NCBI GenBank assembly: GCA_964614525.1
Contig: CAZTPA010000009.1
Span: 306 to 64,305 of the forward strand
Direction of reading: 5' to 3'
DNA length: 64,000 nucleotides
Source of the DNA: an uncultured Bacteroidales bacterium
Lineage (GTDB): Bacteria; Bacteroidota; Bacteroidia; Bacteroidales; UBA7960
The notes beneath the pieces are model-generated. The model worked only from the letters and a program-made list of their open reading frames with translations, ran no database searches and was not told the DNA's origin. Position numbers and translations under genes: made by a program. Shown piece by piece: positions 49,801-59,154 of the stretch. Each line of letters opens with the position of its first letter. Position 1 is the first letter of the stretch.

Positions 49801-49875
49801 TCGTTTTATATGATATTCATAAAAAGCAAAAACAATATCACCCTGAAATATAATTCTAAATTAATATCCCACAAA

Positions 49876-52239
49876 ATGAAACATTTTGCCTCTTTAATAA
49901 TATGCGTATTTTTTTTCACAATAAATTCGAACGCTCAAAATCAAAATAAACTTGACTCATTACGTAATGAGCTCAACAAAACAAAGAATGAAGAAGATAT
50001 TTGCCTTATATATTCGCATATTGGAGATATATACACTTATAACAATGCTGATTCAGCAATCTTTTACTTTGAAAAAGCAATTGAAATTGCTGAAGAAACA
50101 AACTATGAAGAGGGCGCTTCTCAGGCTATAGGTAATTTAGGAATTGTGTATCATTTGCAGGGTGAGACAGACATTGCTCTTGAATATTATCTTGAAGCAC
50201 TAACACTAAGAGAAAAACTTGATGACAAAGAAGGGCTGGCAGTATCATATAATAATATTGGAATCATTTATCAAAGCCAGGGAAGTTATGCTTTGAGCAT
50301 GGAATTTTCAGAAAAATCCCTGGACGTCAACATTGAATTAGGTGATTCGATAGGAATGGCAAGATCATATAATAATATTGGGAATACATATTTTTACCGT
50401 GGAAATTATGATAAATGTATTGAGTATTTTTTTAAAGCATTGGATATAAGAGATAAGATCAATGACTTAGAAGGGGCTGCAGCGAGTTATTCAAACATAG
50501 GCCTTGTTTACCAAAACCAAGAAAACTATGATAATGCTGTTGAATATTTGCTGAAAGCTCAAGAAATTTACGAAGAACTTGAAGATGAAAAAGGCCTTTC
50601 TGTTGTGTTTAATAATCTTGGCAATATCCATTCAGATAACAAAAATTATGATGAAGCAATTGATTATCATAAGAAATCTTTAAGAATAAAAGAAAACATC
50701 GGAGATTCTCGTGGAATATCTTCCAGCTACACAAACATTGGTAATGTATATCGTGATCAAAAAAAATATGATAAAGCAATTGCTGAATATATGAAAGCAT
50801 TAAATATAGATAAAAAATCAGGAGATTTGCAAGGACAAGCGATTATATATACAAACATAGCCGAGCTTTACACAACACTGATTGACAAGTCGCAAGGTTT
50901 GGAACTAGAATCTAATATTAATGCAGCTATTGAATATGGACTTAAAGCATATAATATTGCTATTGAAATCGGAGCCTTACCAGTGCAAAATAATAGTGCA
51001 GAAAAATTACAAATTACATACAAAAAAACAGGTGATTATAAGAAATCTTTAGAATTTGCAGAGATATATATTGCAACAAAAGATGAAATGTTTAATGAAG
51101 AAAAAACTAAAGCTCTTGCAGAAATGCAAACAAAATATGAAACAGAAAAAAAGCAGCAAGAAATTGAAAAACAACAACTAACAATTGAAAAGCAAGAAAT
51201 AGATAATCGCAGACAAAAAAATCAGAGAAATTTCTTTATAGCAGGCTCTGTGCTAATGGCAATGATGGTATTAGTTGTATATAACGGATACAGACAAAAA
51301 AAACGGAGAAATAATATTATAACAGAGAAAAACGCATTATTAATTGAAGCTAATGAAGAAATTCATGCACAAAAAAATGAAATCGAAGCCCAGCATGATA
51401 TGGTGATTAAACAAAAAGAGCATATTGAAATTCAAAAAACCAAAATTGAAGACTCAATTATATATGCAAGAAGAATTCAAAATGCTGTGCTGCCAAAAGA
51501 GCAATATGCTGAGAATCTCTTAGGTGAACACTTTGTAGTATTTTATCCAAAGGATGTGGTATCAGGTGATTTCTACTGGACAACAAATGTGAATGAGTGG
51601 ACGGTAGTTGCTGTAGCTGATTGCACCGGACATGGTGTTCCGGGTGCTTTTATGAGTATGCTTGGAATTAGCTTCCTGAATGAAATTGCAAGAAAAAAAG
51701 AGGTTAATGACCCTTCAAAAGTTTTAAATGCACTTAGAGAAGCAGTTATAGATGCTCTTGACCAAAAATCAAAAAAAGATTCTCAAAAGGACGGCATGGA
51801 TATGAGTTTAATTGCAATAAACAATAAAACTAATGAATGCCACTGGGCAGGCGCTGGAATACCTTTGTGGATTCTAAGAAAAAATGACATTAATAAAGAG
51901 TTTCCAGATAAAACACAAATGATTGAAGTAATAAAAGGGAACAATATGACACTTGCAATTAGTCCTAAAATGAATGATTTTACCTGCCATAAAATTGATA
52001 TCAGTAAAGGTGACCGGGTTTATATGTTTAGTGACGGACTGGTAGATCAATTTGGCGGACCGCAAGGAAAGAAGTTTATGTCTAAGAATTTAAAAACTAT
52101 CCTGGCTAATACAGCAAATAATACGATAAATGAACAACATGCAGAAATAGAGAAAGCATTAGATGAATGGATGAACCCAAAAGAAGGAAGAAGCTATAAC
52201 CAAATAGACGATATAACAATGATTGGTATGGAGTTATAA
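49876..52239 (+). CDS. transmembrane sensor phosphatase: periplasmic TPR domain, TM helix, coiled coil, cytoplasmic SpoIIE/PP2C domain
   Basis: The probable start is MKHFASLIICVFFFTINSNAQ (signal peptide). TPR units: SYNNIGIIYQSQGSY and similar. TM: FFIAGSVLMAMMVLVVY. PP2C core: SGDFYW...VADCTGHGVPGAFMSMLG...FSDGLVDQFGG. Confidence 0.8.
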   Translation: MKHFASLIICVFFFTINSNAQNQNKLDSLRNELNKTKNEEDICLIYSHIGDIYTYNNADSAIFYFEKAIEIAEETNYEEGASQAIGNLGIVYHLQGETDIALEYYLEALTLREKLDDKEGLAVSYNNIGIIYQSQGSYALSMEFSEKSLDVNIELGDSIGMARSYNNIGNTYFYRGNYDKCIEYFFKALDIRDKINDLEGAAASYSNIGLVYQNQENYDNAVEYLLKAQEIYEELEDEKGLSVVFNNLGNIHSDNKNYDEAIDYHKKSLRIKENIGDSRGISSSYTNIGNVYRDQKKYDKAIAEYMKALNIDKKSGDLQGQAIIYTNIAELYTTLIDKSQGLELESNINAAIEYGLKAYNIAIEIGALPVQNNSAEKLQITYKKTGDYKKSLEFAEIYIATKDEMFNEEKTKALAEMQTKYETEKKQQEIEKQQLTIEKQEIDNRRQKNQRNFFIAGSVLMAMMVLVVYNGYRQKKRRNNIITEKNALLIEANEEIHAQKNEIEAQHDMVIKQKEHIEIQKTKIEDSIIYARRIQNAVLPKEQYAENLLGEHFVVFYPKDVVSGDFYWTTNVNEWTVVAVADCTGHGVPGAFMSMLGISFLNEIARKKEVNDPSKVLNALREAVIDALDQKSKKDSQKDGMDMSLIAINNKTNECHWAGAGIPLWILRKNDINKEFPDKTQMIEVIKGNNMTLAISPKMNDFTCHKIDISKGDRVYMFSDGLVDQFGGPQGKKFMSKNLKTILANTANNTINEQHAEIEKALDEWMNPKEGRSYNQIDDITMIGMEL

Positions 52240-52365
52240 TAAAAAGATTTTTAAAAGAATGGTTATATGAACATATCAGCAGGTCAGATAAAACAATGGG
52301 AAGTTACCTGAACACAATGAACATAAAATAGCTTAAATTGTTTTTTTATATAAAGGAGATATATT

Positions 52366-52575
52366 ATGCAGGTATTTATTTTAGCAATAGTTTTAATTGC
52401 AATTGCAATAGGAGGCATTGCAATAAAGATGTTTTTGTTGCCCGGTGGTAGTTTTACAAAAAAATGTGGAAGTTATACAGATCCTAAAACAGGAAAACAA
52501 TTACCTTGCACCTGTAATGCAGAAAATCCAACAAAATGTGAAAACAAAGAAAACACTGAGATTACAGAAAAGTAA
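52366..52575 (+). CDS. small single-TM four-cysteine protein, NqrM-like (candidate Na+-NQR maturation factor)
   Basis: 69-aa ORF with N-terminal TM helix VFILAIVLIAIAIGGIAIKMF, then KKCGS-x13-CTC-x7-C. AGGAG lies 7 nt before the ATG. It is convergent with apbE. Confidence 0.45.
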   Translation: MQVFILAIVLIAIAIGGIAIKMFLLPGGSFTKKCGSYTDPKTGKQLPCTCNAENPTKCENKENTEITEK

Positions 52576-52595
52576 TTTCAGAAAAAGAAAGTTTA

Positions 52596-53642
52596 CTAAA
52601 TATCACTTTTGTCAATTACACTTAAACCTTTACTGGCATATGTTTCAAACGAATTATGTTCCAATGAATATATAAAAAAGGCTTCAATATCTTCTCTATT
52701 CTCAACAAATTCAATTGATTTTTCTAAGCCCATAGTCATAAATGCAGTTGCGTATGCATCGGCAGTGATCGCATCATCAGCTATAACTGAAACGCTAAGG
52801 AGGTTGTGATTTACCGGATATCCGGTTTTGGGATTAATAGTATGTGAATATTTTAGTCCATCCTTTTCGTAATACCGGCGATAATTCCCGGATGTTGCAA
52901 TAGCCTGATCTTCCAGTTCAACAATATACTGCCAATCCTGAGGATCATCATAATTTTCAACAGGTCTTTCAATGCCGATCTTCCATTTACTTCCATCTGG
53001 TTTAACACCTTTAGTAATTAAATCACCACCTATTTCAATCATATAAATATTTACATTCTTATCTTCCAAAAAAGCACCTATCACATCCGCAGCATAACCT
53101 TTAGCAATTGCATTAAAGTCAAAACTAATACGATCATCATCTTTAATAACAACTCCTGATTCAAGGTGTGCATTTTTATAACCCACAAAATCCAGAATTG
53201 AATCAATTTTTCGCTTTGTTACTTCTCCCTGATTTTCAAATCCAAATCCCCACAAATTCACTAAAGCCGTAACTGTTACATCAAAATACCCATCAGTCTT
53301 TTCAGATATCTCATAAGCTTTTCGAAATACTGTTTCAAAATACTTATCTGCTTTATTAGTCTCATTCCGATTAATTTTAGAGATAAGAGATTCTTTGTCG
53401 TAATAAGAAACAGAGCTATTAAATTCCTTGAAAACACTATCTATTTCTTCTTTATAATTAGTTCCATCTTCACTAAAATAGGAAACAGAATAGTATGTCC
53501 CGAAAACATTACCTTTAAAAATTACATTTTTGTAAGCTGTTTCTGTTTGGTTACAAGCATTATTGGAAAAAACCAATATTATAACAAAAAACAGATATTT
53601 AAGTGTCTTCATGAAATTAAAAATTAAAATGTTATAAGTCAA
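52596..53642 (-). CDS. apbE: FAD:protein FMN transferase (ApbE family)
   Basis: 348-aa ORF with a signal peptide. Motifs: FDFNAIAKGYAAD, AIATSGNYRRY, HTINPKTGYP. It is the last gene of the nqr transcription unit. Confidence 0.85.
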   Translation of the reverse strand: MTYNILIFNFMKTLKYLFFVIILVFSNNACNQTETAYKNVIFKGNVFGTYYSVSYFSEDGTNYKEEIDSVFKEFNSSVSYYDKESLISKINRNETNKADKYFETVFRKAYEISEKTDGYFDVTVTALVNLWGFGFENQGEVTKRKIDSILDFVGYKNAHLESGVVIKDDDRISFDFNAIAKGYAADVIGAFLEDKNVNIYMIEIGGDLITKGVKPDGSKWKIGIERPVENYDDPQDWQYIVELEDQAIATSGNYRRYYEKDGLKYSHTINPKTGYPVNHNLLSVSVIADDAITADAYATAFMTMGLEKSIEFVENREDIEAFFIYSLEHNSFETYASKGLSVIDKSDI

Positions 53643-53644
53643 CT

Positions 53645-54535
53645 TTATTCAAGGGGTTCGGTATGGATAGAAATAATAGTTTCATCACCATATTCTCTTC
53701 TTAATATTTTCTCTAAATTTACTGTTATTTTGTGTGCATCTTTAATATTCAAGTCGCTATCAACCTGAATATGCAAATCAATAGCTATTACATTACCTAT
53801 TTTTCTTGTCTTAAGGTTGTGAGGATTGTTTACACCATTAACTTCGGAAGCTAATTCAATAATATCCTTTTCGCTTTTTTCAGGCAAGGAGGTTTCAATA
53901 AGCTCAAGCAAGGCTTCTTTTGAAATTTTATATGCAACTCTAAAAATAAAAACACTAACAACAATGGCAGCAATAGGATCAAGCACAACCCATTTCTCAC
54001 CTAAAAAAATCGCACCGCCAATTCCAATAAGAGTTCCAAAAGAGCTCAAAACATCACTTCTGTGATGCCAGGCATTCGCAATTACAGCACTACTGTTAAT
54101 TTCTCTACCAATTTTTATACTATATTGATAGAGAATCTCTTTAACAACGATAGAAAAACCGGCAGCATAAAGAGCAAGCAATCCGGGACGAGGTATCAGA
54201 TCGCCTTCGGTATGTTCATAAATTTTAACAATACTCGTATAACACAAACCGACGGCTACTCCAAATAATACTATACCAATAAAAGCAGCTGCGAGAGTTT
54301 CAACTTTTCCGTGACCATACTTATGATTATGATCCTGAGGCTTTGAAGCAACACTAAGGCTTCCCACTACAACAAGATCAGTAGCAAAATCACTCAAAGA
54401 GTGAATAGCATCAGCAACCATAGCAGAACTTCTACCGAATATACCTGCCAACAACTTAAAAATCATCAGGATTACATTCGCAAAGAATCCAAGCCAGGTA
54501 ACCTTCTGAGCACTTTTTTTCCGTTCTGTATTCAT
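53645..54535 (-). CDS. cation diffusion facilitator (CDF) family metal efflux transporter
   Basis: 296-aa ORF with six TM helices. Motifs: ADAIHSLSDFATD and NAWHHRSDVLSS (H-x3-D), plus a C-terminal cytoplasmic domain. Confidence 0.85.
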   Translation of the reverse strand: MNTERKKSAQKVTWLGFFANVILMIFKLLAGIFGRSSAMVADAIHSLSDFATDLVVVGSLSVASKPQDHNHKYGHGKVETLAAAFIGIVLFGVAVGLCYTSIVKIYEHTEGDLIPRPGLLALYAAGFSIVVKEILYQYSIKIGREINSSAVIANAWHHRSDVLSSFGTLIGIGGAIFLGEKWVVLDPIAAIVVSVFIFRVAYKISKEALLELIETSLPEKSEKDIIELASEVNGVNNPHNLKTRKIGNVIAIDLHIQVDSDLNIKDAHKITVNLEKILRREYGDETIISIHTEPLE

Positions 54536-54550
54536 TACTTTTTTTTAATA

Positions 54551-55810
54551 CTAACCTCCAAAATCATCAAGGTCAATATTTTCTTCCGGCACACCGAGGC
54601 TGTCTAACATTTGGAGCACAGCACTATTCATAACAGGAGGACCGCACAAGTAGTATTCTACTTCTTCGGGCTCTTCATGCTTACTAAGATAATTATCTAA
54701 AACAACCTGGTGAATAAAACCCACGTAACCGTCCCATTTATCTTCAGGTAATGGTTCTGAAAGGGCAATATTAAATTTAAAATTAGGAAACTCTTTCTCT
54801 ATTTTTCTAAACTCTTCTTCATAGAAAACCTCTCTCTTTGATCTGGCACCATACCAAAATGTTACTTTCCTGTCGGTTTTCAATGTGTGAAATAAGTGAA
54901 ATATATGAGAACGTAAAGGAGCCATTCCTGCACCACCGCCTATATAGACCATTTCTCTGTCGGTATCTTTAATAAAAAATTCACCGTAAGGACCTGAAAT
55001 AGTAACTTTATCTCCGGGTTTTAAAGAAAAGATATATGAAGAACAGATACCGGGATTTACGTTCATAAACCGATTATTCTTGGAATCCCATGGTGGAGTG
55101 GCTATTCTTACATTCAACTTTACAATATTACCTTCAGCCGGATGATTAGCCATTGAATACGCTCTAAAAACGGGTTCGGGGTTTTTCATTTTCAAACTCC
55201 ACATATCAAATTTATCCCAATCTTTCCGGAATTTCTTATCAACCTCAATATCCTTGTAATCCACTTCACACACCGGTACATCAACTTGAATATAACCTCC
55301 TGATTTAAAATCAAGTTCCTCCCCTTTGGGAAGTTTAACGACAAATTCCTTTATAAATGTTGCAACATTATTATTTGAAACAACTTCGCATTCCCACTTT
55401 TTAATACCAAATATTTCTTTTGGAATACCAATTTCAAGGTCATTTCGAACTTTAACCTGACAGCTGAGCCTCCATTGTTCCTGAATTTCTTTCCTGGTAA
55501 AATACCCTACTTCTGTAGGCAATATACTCCCTGCACCTGAAAACACCTGGCATTTACACATAGCACATGTACCACCTCCTCCGCATGCACTTGGAAGATA
55601 AATTGAATTATTTGACAATGTAGTCAACAATGTTGAGCCTGAATCAACTTCGAGTTCTTTCTCTTCATTAATTGTAATTTTCACAGGGCCGCTGGGAATC
55701 AACTTAGCTCTAGCATATAGCAATACTACTATTAACACAATCATAATAATAAAAAAGATTGCTATGCTAATTCCTATTATTCCGAGGGATCCAATTTCAA
55801 GCAGTATCAT
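54551..55810 (-). CDS. nqrF: Na+-translocating NADH:quinone oxidoreductase subunit F
   Basis: 419-aa ORF with an N-terminal TM helix, 2Fe-2S motif [12 protein letters not shown] and FAD/NADH motifs RAYSMAN and GGGAGMAP. Confidence 0.95.
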   Translation of the reverse strand: MILLEIGSLGIIGISIAIFFIIMIVLIVVLLYARAKLIPSGPVKITINEEKELEVDSGSTLLTTLSNNSIYLPSACGGGGTCAMCKCQVFSGAGSILPTEVGYFTRKEIQEQWRLSCQVKVRNDLEIGIPKEIFGIKKWECEVVSNNNVATFIKEFVVKLPKGEELDFKSGGYIQVDVPVCEVDYKDIEVDKKFRKDWDKFDMWSLKMKNPEPVFRAYSMANHPAEGNIVKLNVRIATPPWDSKNNRFMNVNPGICSSYIFSLKPGDKVTISGPYGEFFIKDTDREMVYIGGGAGMAPLRSHIFHLFHTLKTDRKVTFWYGARSKREVFYEEEFRKIEKEFPNFKFNIALSEPLPEDKWDGYVGFIHQVVLDNYLSKHEEPEEVEYYLCGPPVMNSAVLQMLDSLGVPEENIDLDDFGG

Positions 55811-55880
55811 ATTTTGAAATTTATATTAATCACTAAATATTCTATTAAAAAATTACTTATTCAAGCTTTTACTCTATTCT

Positions 55881-56498
55881 TTATAACTGAATTCCCATAA
55901 AACTCATAAAAGCAATTCCCATTAAACCTGTAATAATAAAAGTAATACCCAGACCTCTCAGTGGTGCAGGCACATTAGAATATCTTATTTTCTCACGTAT
56001 AGCGGCAATTCCAACAATTGCAAGCAAAAATCCAACACCGGAACCCACTCCAAAAGTTGAAGCCTCTCCAATATTTGCAAAATTTCTTTGCTGCATAAAC
56101 AATGAACCACCCAATATTGCACAATTCACAGCAATAAGAGGTAAAAATATTCCAAGATTGCTATAAAGAGTAGGACTAAATTTTTCAATAATCATTTCAA
56201 CCAGCTGAACCATTGCAGCAATAATTGAAATAAACATTATGAATGTTAAGAAGCTAAGATTAACATCAGCAAATTGAGGCCCAAGCCATTCCAACGCACC
56301 TTTTCCTAACACAAAATTTTCCAGCAAATAATTCATAGGAACAGTGATTCCAAGTACAAAAACTACTGCTATTCCTAAGCCGACTGAGGTATTTATTGTT
56401 CTGGAAACAGCGAGGTATGAGCACATTCCAAGGAAATACGCCAAAACCAGGTTATCAATAAATACTGACCTAATAAATATATTTATATAATCTATCAT
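55881..56498 (-). CDS. nqrE: Na+-NQR subunit E
   Basis: 205-aa polytopic ORF in the position and of the size expected for NqrE, with LGMCSYLAVS and AVNCAILG. Confidence 0.9.
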   Translation of the reverse strand: MIDYINIFIRSVFIDNLVLAYFLGMCSYLAVSRTINTSVGLGIAVVFVLGITVPMNYLLENFVLGKGALEWLGPQFADVNLSFLTFIMFISIIAAMVQLVEMIIEKFSPTLYSNLGIFLPLIAVNCAILGGSLFMQQRNFANIGEASTFGVGSGVGFLLAIVGIAAIREKIRYSNVPAPLRGLGITFIITGLMGIAFMSFMGIQL

Positions 56499-56521
56499 AG
56501 CTTTATCCTTAAAAGTTAAAC

Positions 56522-57181
56522 TTAACTAACATCAACAAGACTTTTATCACGTGAACGATGAACCCAGATAATAACTCCAACAGTAAACAGTGCCATTGGC
56601 GGTAAAATCATCAGACCATTATTTTCATAGCCAAGATCGTAGAATAATTGAGGCACAAGCTGATAGCCCATCACTGATCCGGCACCAAATAATTCTCTAA
56701 CAAATCCAACAGTAATAAGAATAGCTCCGTAACCGGCACCATTGCCTAATCCATCCAAAAACGAAGGCCAAACCTTATTGCTGAGAGCAAAGGCTTCAAG
56801 ACGTCCCATAATTATACAATTTGTAATGATCAGCCCAACAAAAACAGACAATTGGCGACTTACATCATAAACAAAAGCTTTCAGCATTTGATCCACCAGA
56901 ATAACCAAAGTCGAGATTACAACTAATTGCACTATAATCCTAATGCGCGGTGGAATTGTATTTCTAAGGAGTGAAATAATCACATTTGCAAGAGCCATAA
57001 CAACCACAACTGAAATAGCCATAACTAATGAAGCTTTTACCTGTACTGTAATTGCAAGCACTGAACAAATACCAAGCACCTGAACCGTAATCGGGTTGTT
57101 TTTCCCAAGAGGGCTTGTAAGCAGCCTTTTATTCTTTATCGAGAACAAAGGTTCTTTTTCTGTATTATTAGTTTTACTCAT
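56522..57181 (-). CDS. nqrD: Na+-NQR subunit D
   Basis: 219-aa polytopic ORF with VLGICSVLAIT and ITNCIIMGR. It overlaps nqrC by 4 nt. Confidence 0.9.
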   Translation of the reverse strand: MSKTNNTEKEPLFSIKNKRLLTSPLGKNNPITVQVLGICSVLAITVQVKASLVMAISVVVVMALANVIISLLRNTIPPRIRIIVQLVVISTLVILVDQMLKAFVYDVSRQLSVFVGLIITNCIIMGRLEAFALSNKVWPSFLDGLGNGAGYGAILITVGFVRELFGAGSVMGYQLVPQLFYDLGYENNGLMILPPMALFTVGVIIWVHRSRDKSLVDVS

Positions 57182-57873
57182 ATATCTTTGAGTTTTTTGA
57201 AAAATGGTTCATAAACTTTAAGTCCTTCTTCTATCATTTTACTTAATCCGTTTGATGTGATTGTACCACCGGAGATAGCATCAACTGCATGAGGGTCATC
57301 GTCCGCAGCGCCGCCTCTGACAACTTCTACTGATTTGAAATTACCTGATTCATCATAAATTTTCTTTTCCGAAAACTGATTTTCAAACTTTGGCTGAGAA
57401 ATTTCCGCACCTAATCCTGGAGTTTCAGATTCATGGTCAAAATTTGCTCCTAATATGGTGTTCAAATCAGATTTAAGACTGACATAACCCCATAGAGGTC
57501 CCCAAAGTCCGGAACCATACAAAGGAACAACATAAATGGTTTCACCTTCAATTTCGGCAATATACAATGGTAATCTCCTGTTTTCAATCTCTTTACGATT
57601 CTCTTCCTGAAGATTTACTTCAAAAGCGTCACCCTCAACATCCTCTCCTTTATAATTGATAATCTTAGACTCTTTTATGTATTTAGCAAATACTTCATCA
57701 GCTTCGGATTTCGTGGTTTGTATTTCCATTGAAGCAAGAATATTCTGCATTTTTTCTACACGAACATTTCTTTCCTGAAACGGCCTTAACATTGTTGCCG
57801 CTAATGATAACAATACAGCAACTATTATCACCATTGCACTTGCGTAGAGAAATATATATCGATTACTATACAT
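57178..57873 (-). CDS. nqrC: Na+-NQR subunit C
   Basis: 231-aa ORF with an N-terminal TM helix, ETPGLGAEI, and the FMN attachment region DAISGGTITS. Confidence 0.9.
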   Translation of the reverse strand: MYSNRYIFLYASAMVIIVAVLLSLAATMLRPFQERNVRVEKMQNILASMEIQTTKSEADEVFAKYIKESKIINYKGEDVEGDAFEVNLQEENRKEIENRRLPLYIAEIEGETIYVVPLYGSGLWGPLWGYVSLKSDLNTILGANFDHESETPGLGAEISQPKFENQFSEKKIYDESGNFKSVEVVRGGAADDDPHAVDAISGGTITSNGLSKMIEEGLKVYEPFFKKLKDI

Positions 57874-57898
57874 GATCTGTTATTTTCAAAATTAAACA

Positions 57899-59098
57899 CT
57901 AAACCTTAATTTGTGAAGCCTTATATCTTTTCATTCTTCTCTTAACATTCGCTTGAATGACATAATGATCAATAAGAGGAGCAAAAATATTCATAAACAA
58001 AATAGCCAGCATCATGCCTTCAGGAAAGGCAGGATTAAGAACTCTGATTATAATCGCTATCACTCCTATTAAGAATCCGTAAATATACTTTCCTATCCCG
58101 GTTTGCGCGGCAGACACAGGATCTGTAGCCATGAATACAGCTCCAAAAGCAAAGCCTCCCAGCATTAAATGATAATAGGCAGGCATTTCCATAAATGGAT
58201 TTACCGCAAATAAATTCAAAAGAGCACCCATAAACAATCCGCCAATAACAACGGATAACATTATTCTTAAACTTCCAATGCCTGTATATACAAGGATAAA
58301 GGCTCCAATCAATATAGCAAGTGTCGAAGTTTCACCAATAACACCGGGCATATTTCCTATGAACATCTCCATTATGGAGGGCAGAGATCCGCTAAACTCT
58401 GCGGCAGACATTTGTCCTCCCACAGCTAATGCACCAAAAGCCAAAGGTGTTGCACCTGAAAATCCATCAATTAATTGTTGTCCTTCCTGCAATACAGTAT
58501 ATGTATATACCTCACCGGAAAAATATGCAGGATAAGAAAAGAAGAGGAATGCTCTGGCTAAAAGTGCCGGATTTACGATATTCATACCTGTACCTCCAAA
58601 GACCTCTTTGCCAATAATAACAGCGAAGATTGTTGCTAATGCAATCATCCATAGAGGCGTTGTAACAGGCACAATAAGAGGAATTAACATTCCTGTCACT
58701 AAAAAACCTTCATTAACTTCATGGTCACGAACAGTAGCAAAGATAAACTCTGTACCTAATCCAACAACATAAGAAACTACAATGATGGGAAAAACTTTGA
58801 TTAAGCCAAACATAAAGTTTTCTATTAAGCTAGTATCTGTCATCCCGATAGCATTATAATGCTGATAACCGACATTCCACATTCCAAATAAAAGTGCAGG
58901 CATTAATGCTATAACAACAAAAAACATTGTCCGCTTCATATCCATAGTATCCCGAATATGACTTCCCTTAGTAGTAACCCTGTCGGGAACCAGAAGAAAT
59001 GTCTCAAAAGCTTCAAAAGACCGTTGAAATTTATGATACTTACCTCCTTTTTCCAGGGCGGGCTTAAACTTATTAATAATTTTTTCTAATGCTTTCAA
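57899..59098 (-). CDS. nqrB: Na+-NQR subunit B
   Basis: 399-aa polytopic ORF with FMN attachment region GFSGATPLA. Confidence 0.95.
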   Translation of the reverse strand: MKALEKIINKFKPALEKGGKYHKFQRSFEAFETFLLVPDRVTTKGSHIRDTMDMKRTMFFVVIALMPALLFGMWNVGYQHYNAIGMTDTSLIENFMFGLIKVFPIIVVSYVVGLGTEFIFATVRDHEVNEGFLVTGMLIPLIVPVTTPLWMIALATIFAVIIGKEVFGGTGMNIVNPALLARAFLFFSYPAYFSGEVYTYTVLQEGQQLIDGFSGATPLAFGALAVGGQMSAAEFSGSLPSIMEMFIGNMPGVIGETSTLAILIGAFILVYTGIGSLRIMLSVVIGGLFMGALLNLFAVNPFMEMPAYYHLMLGGFAFGAVFMATDPVSAAQTGIGKYIYGFLIGVIAIIIRVLNPAFPEGMMLAILFMNIFAPLIDHYVIQANVKRRMKRYKASQIKV

Positions 59099-59154
59099 TT
59101 TCCTGGTAGTTTTTGGTTTAACAATTCTTCAAAAACATATATAATAATTTAATA

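Noticed and set aside
49798-49875. Upstream TTG start for the TPR-PP2C sensor
   Set aside because: The extension overlaps the candidate promoter box at 49793-49800. ATG 49876 gives a canonical signal peptide (MKHFASLIICVFFF...).
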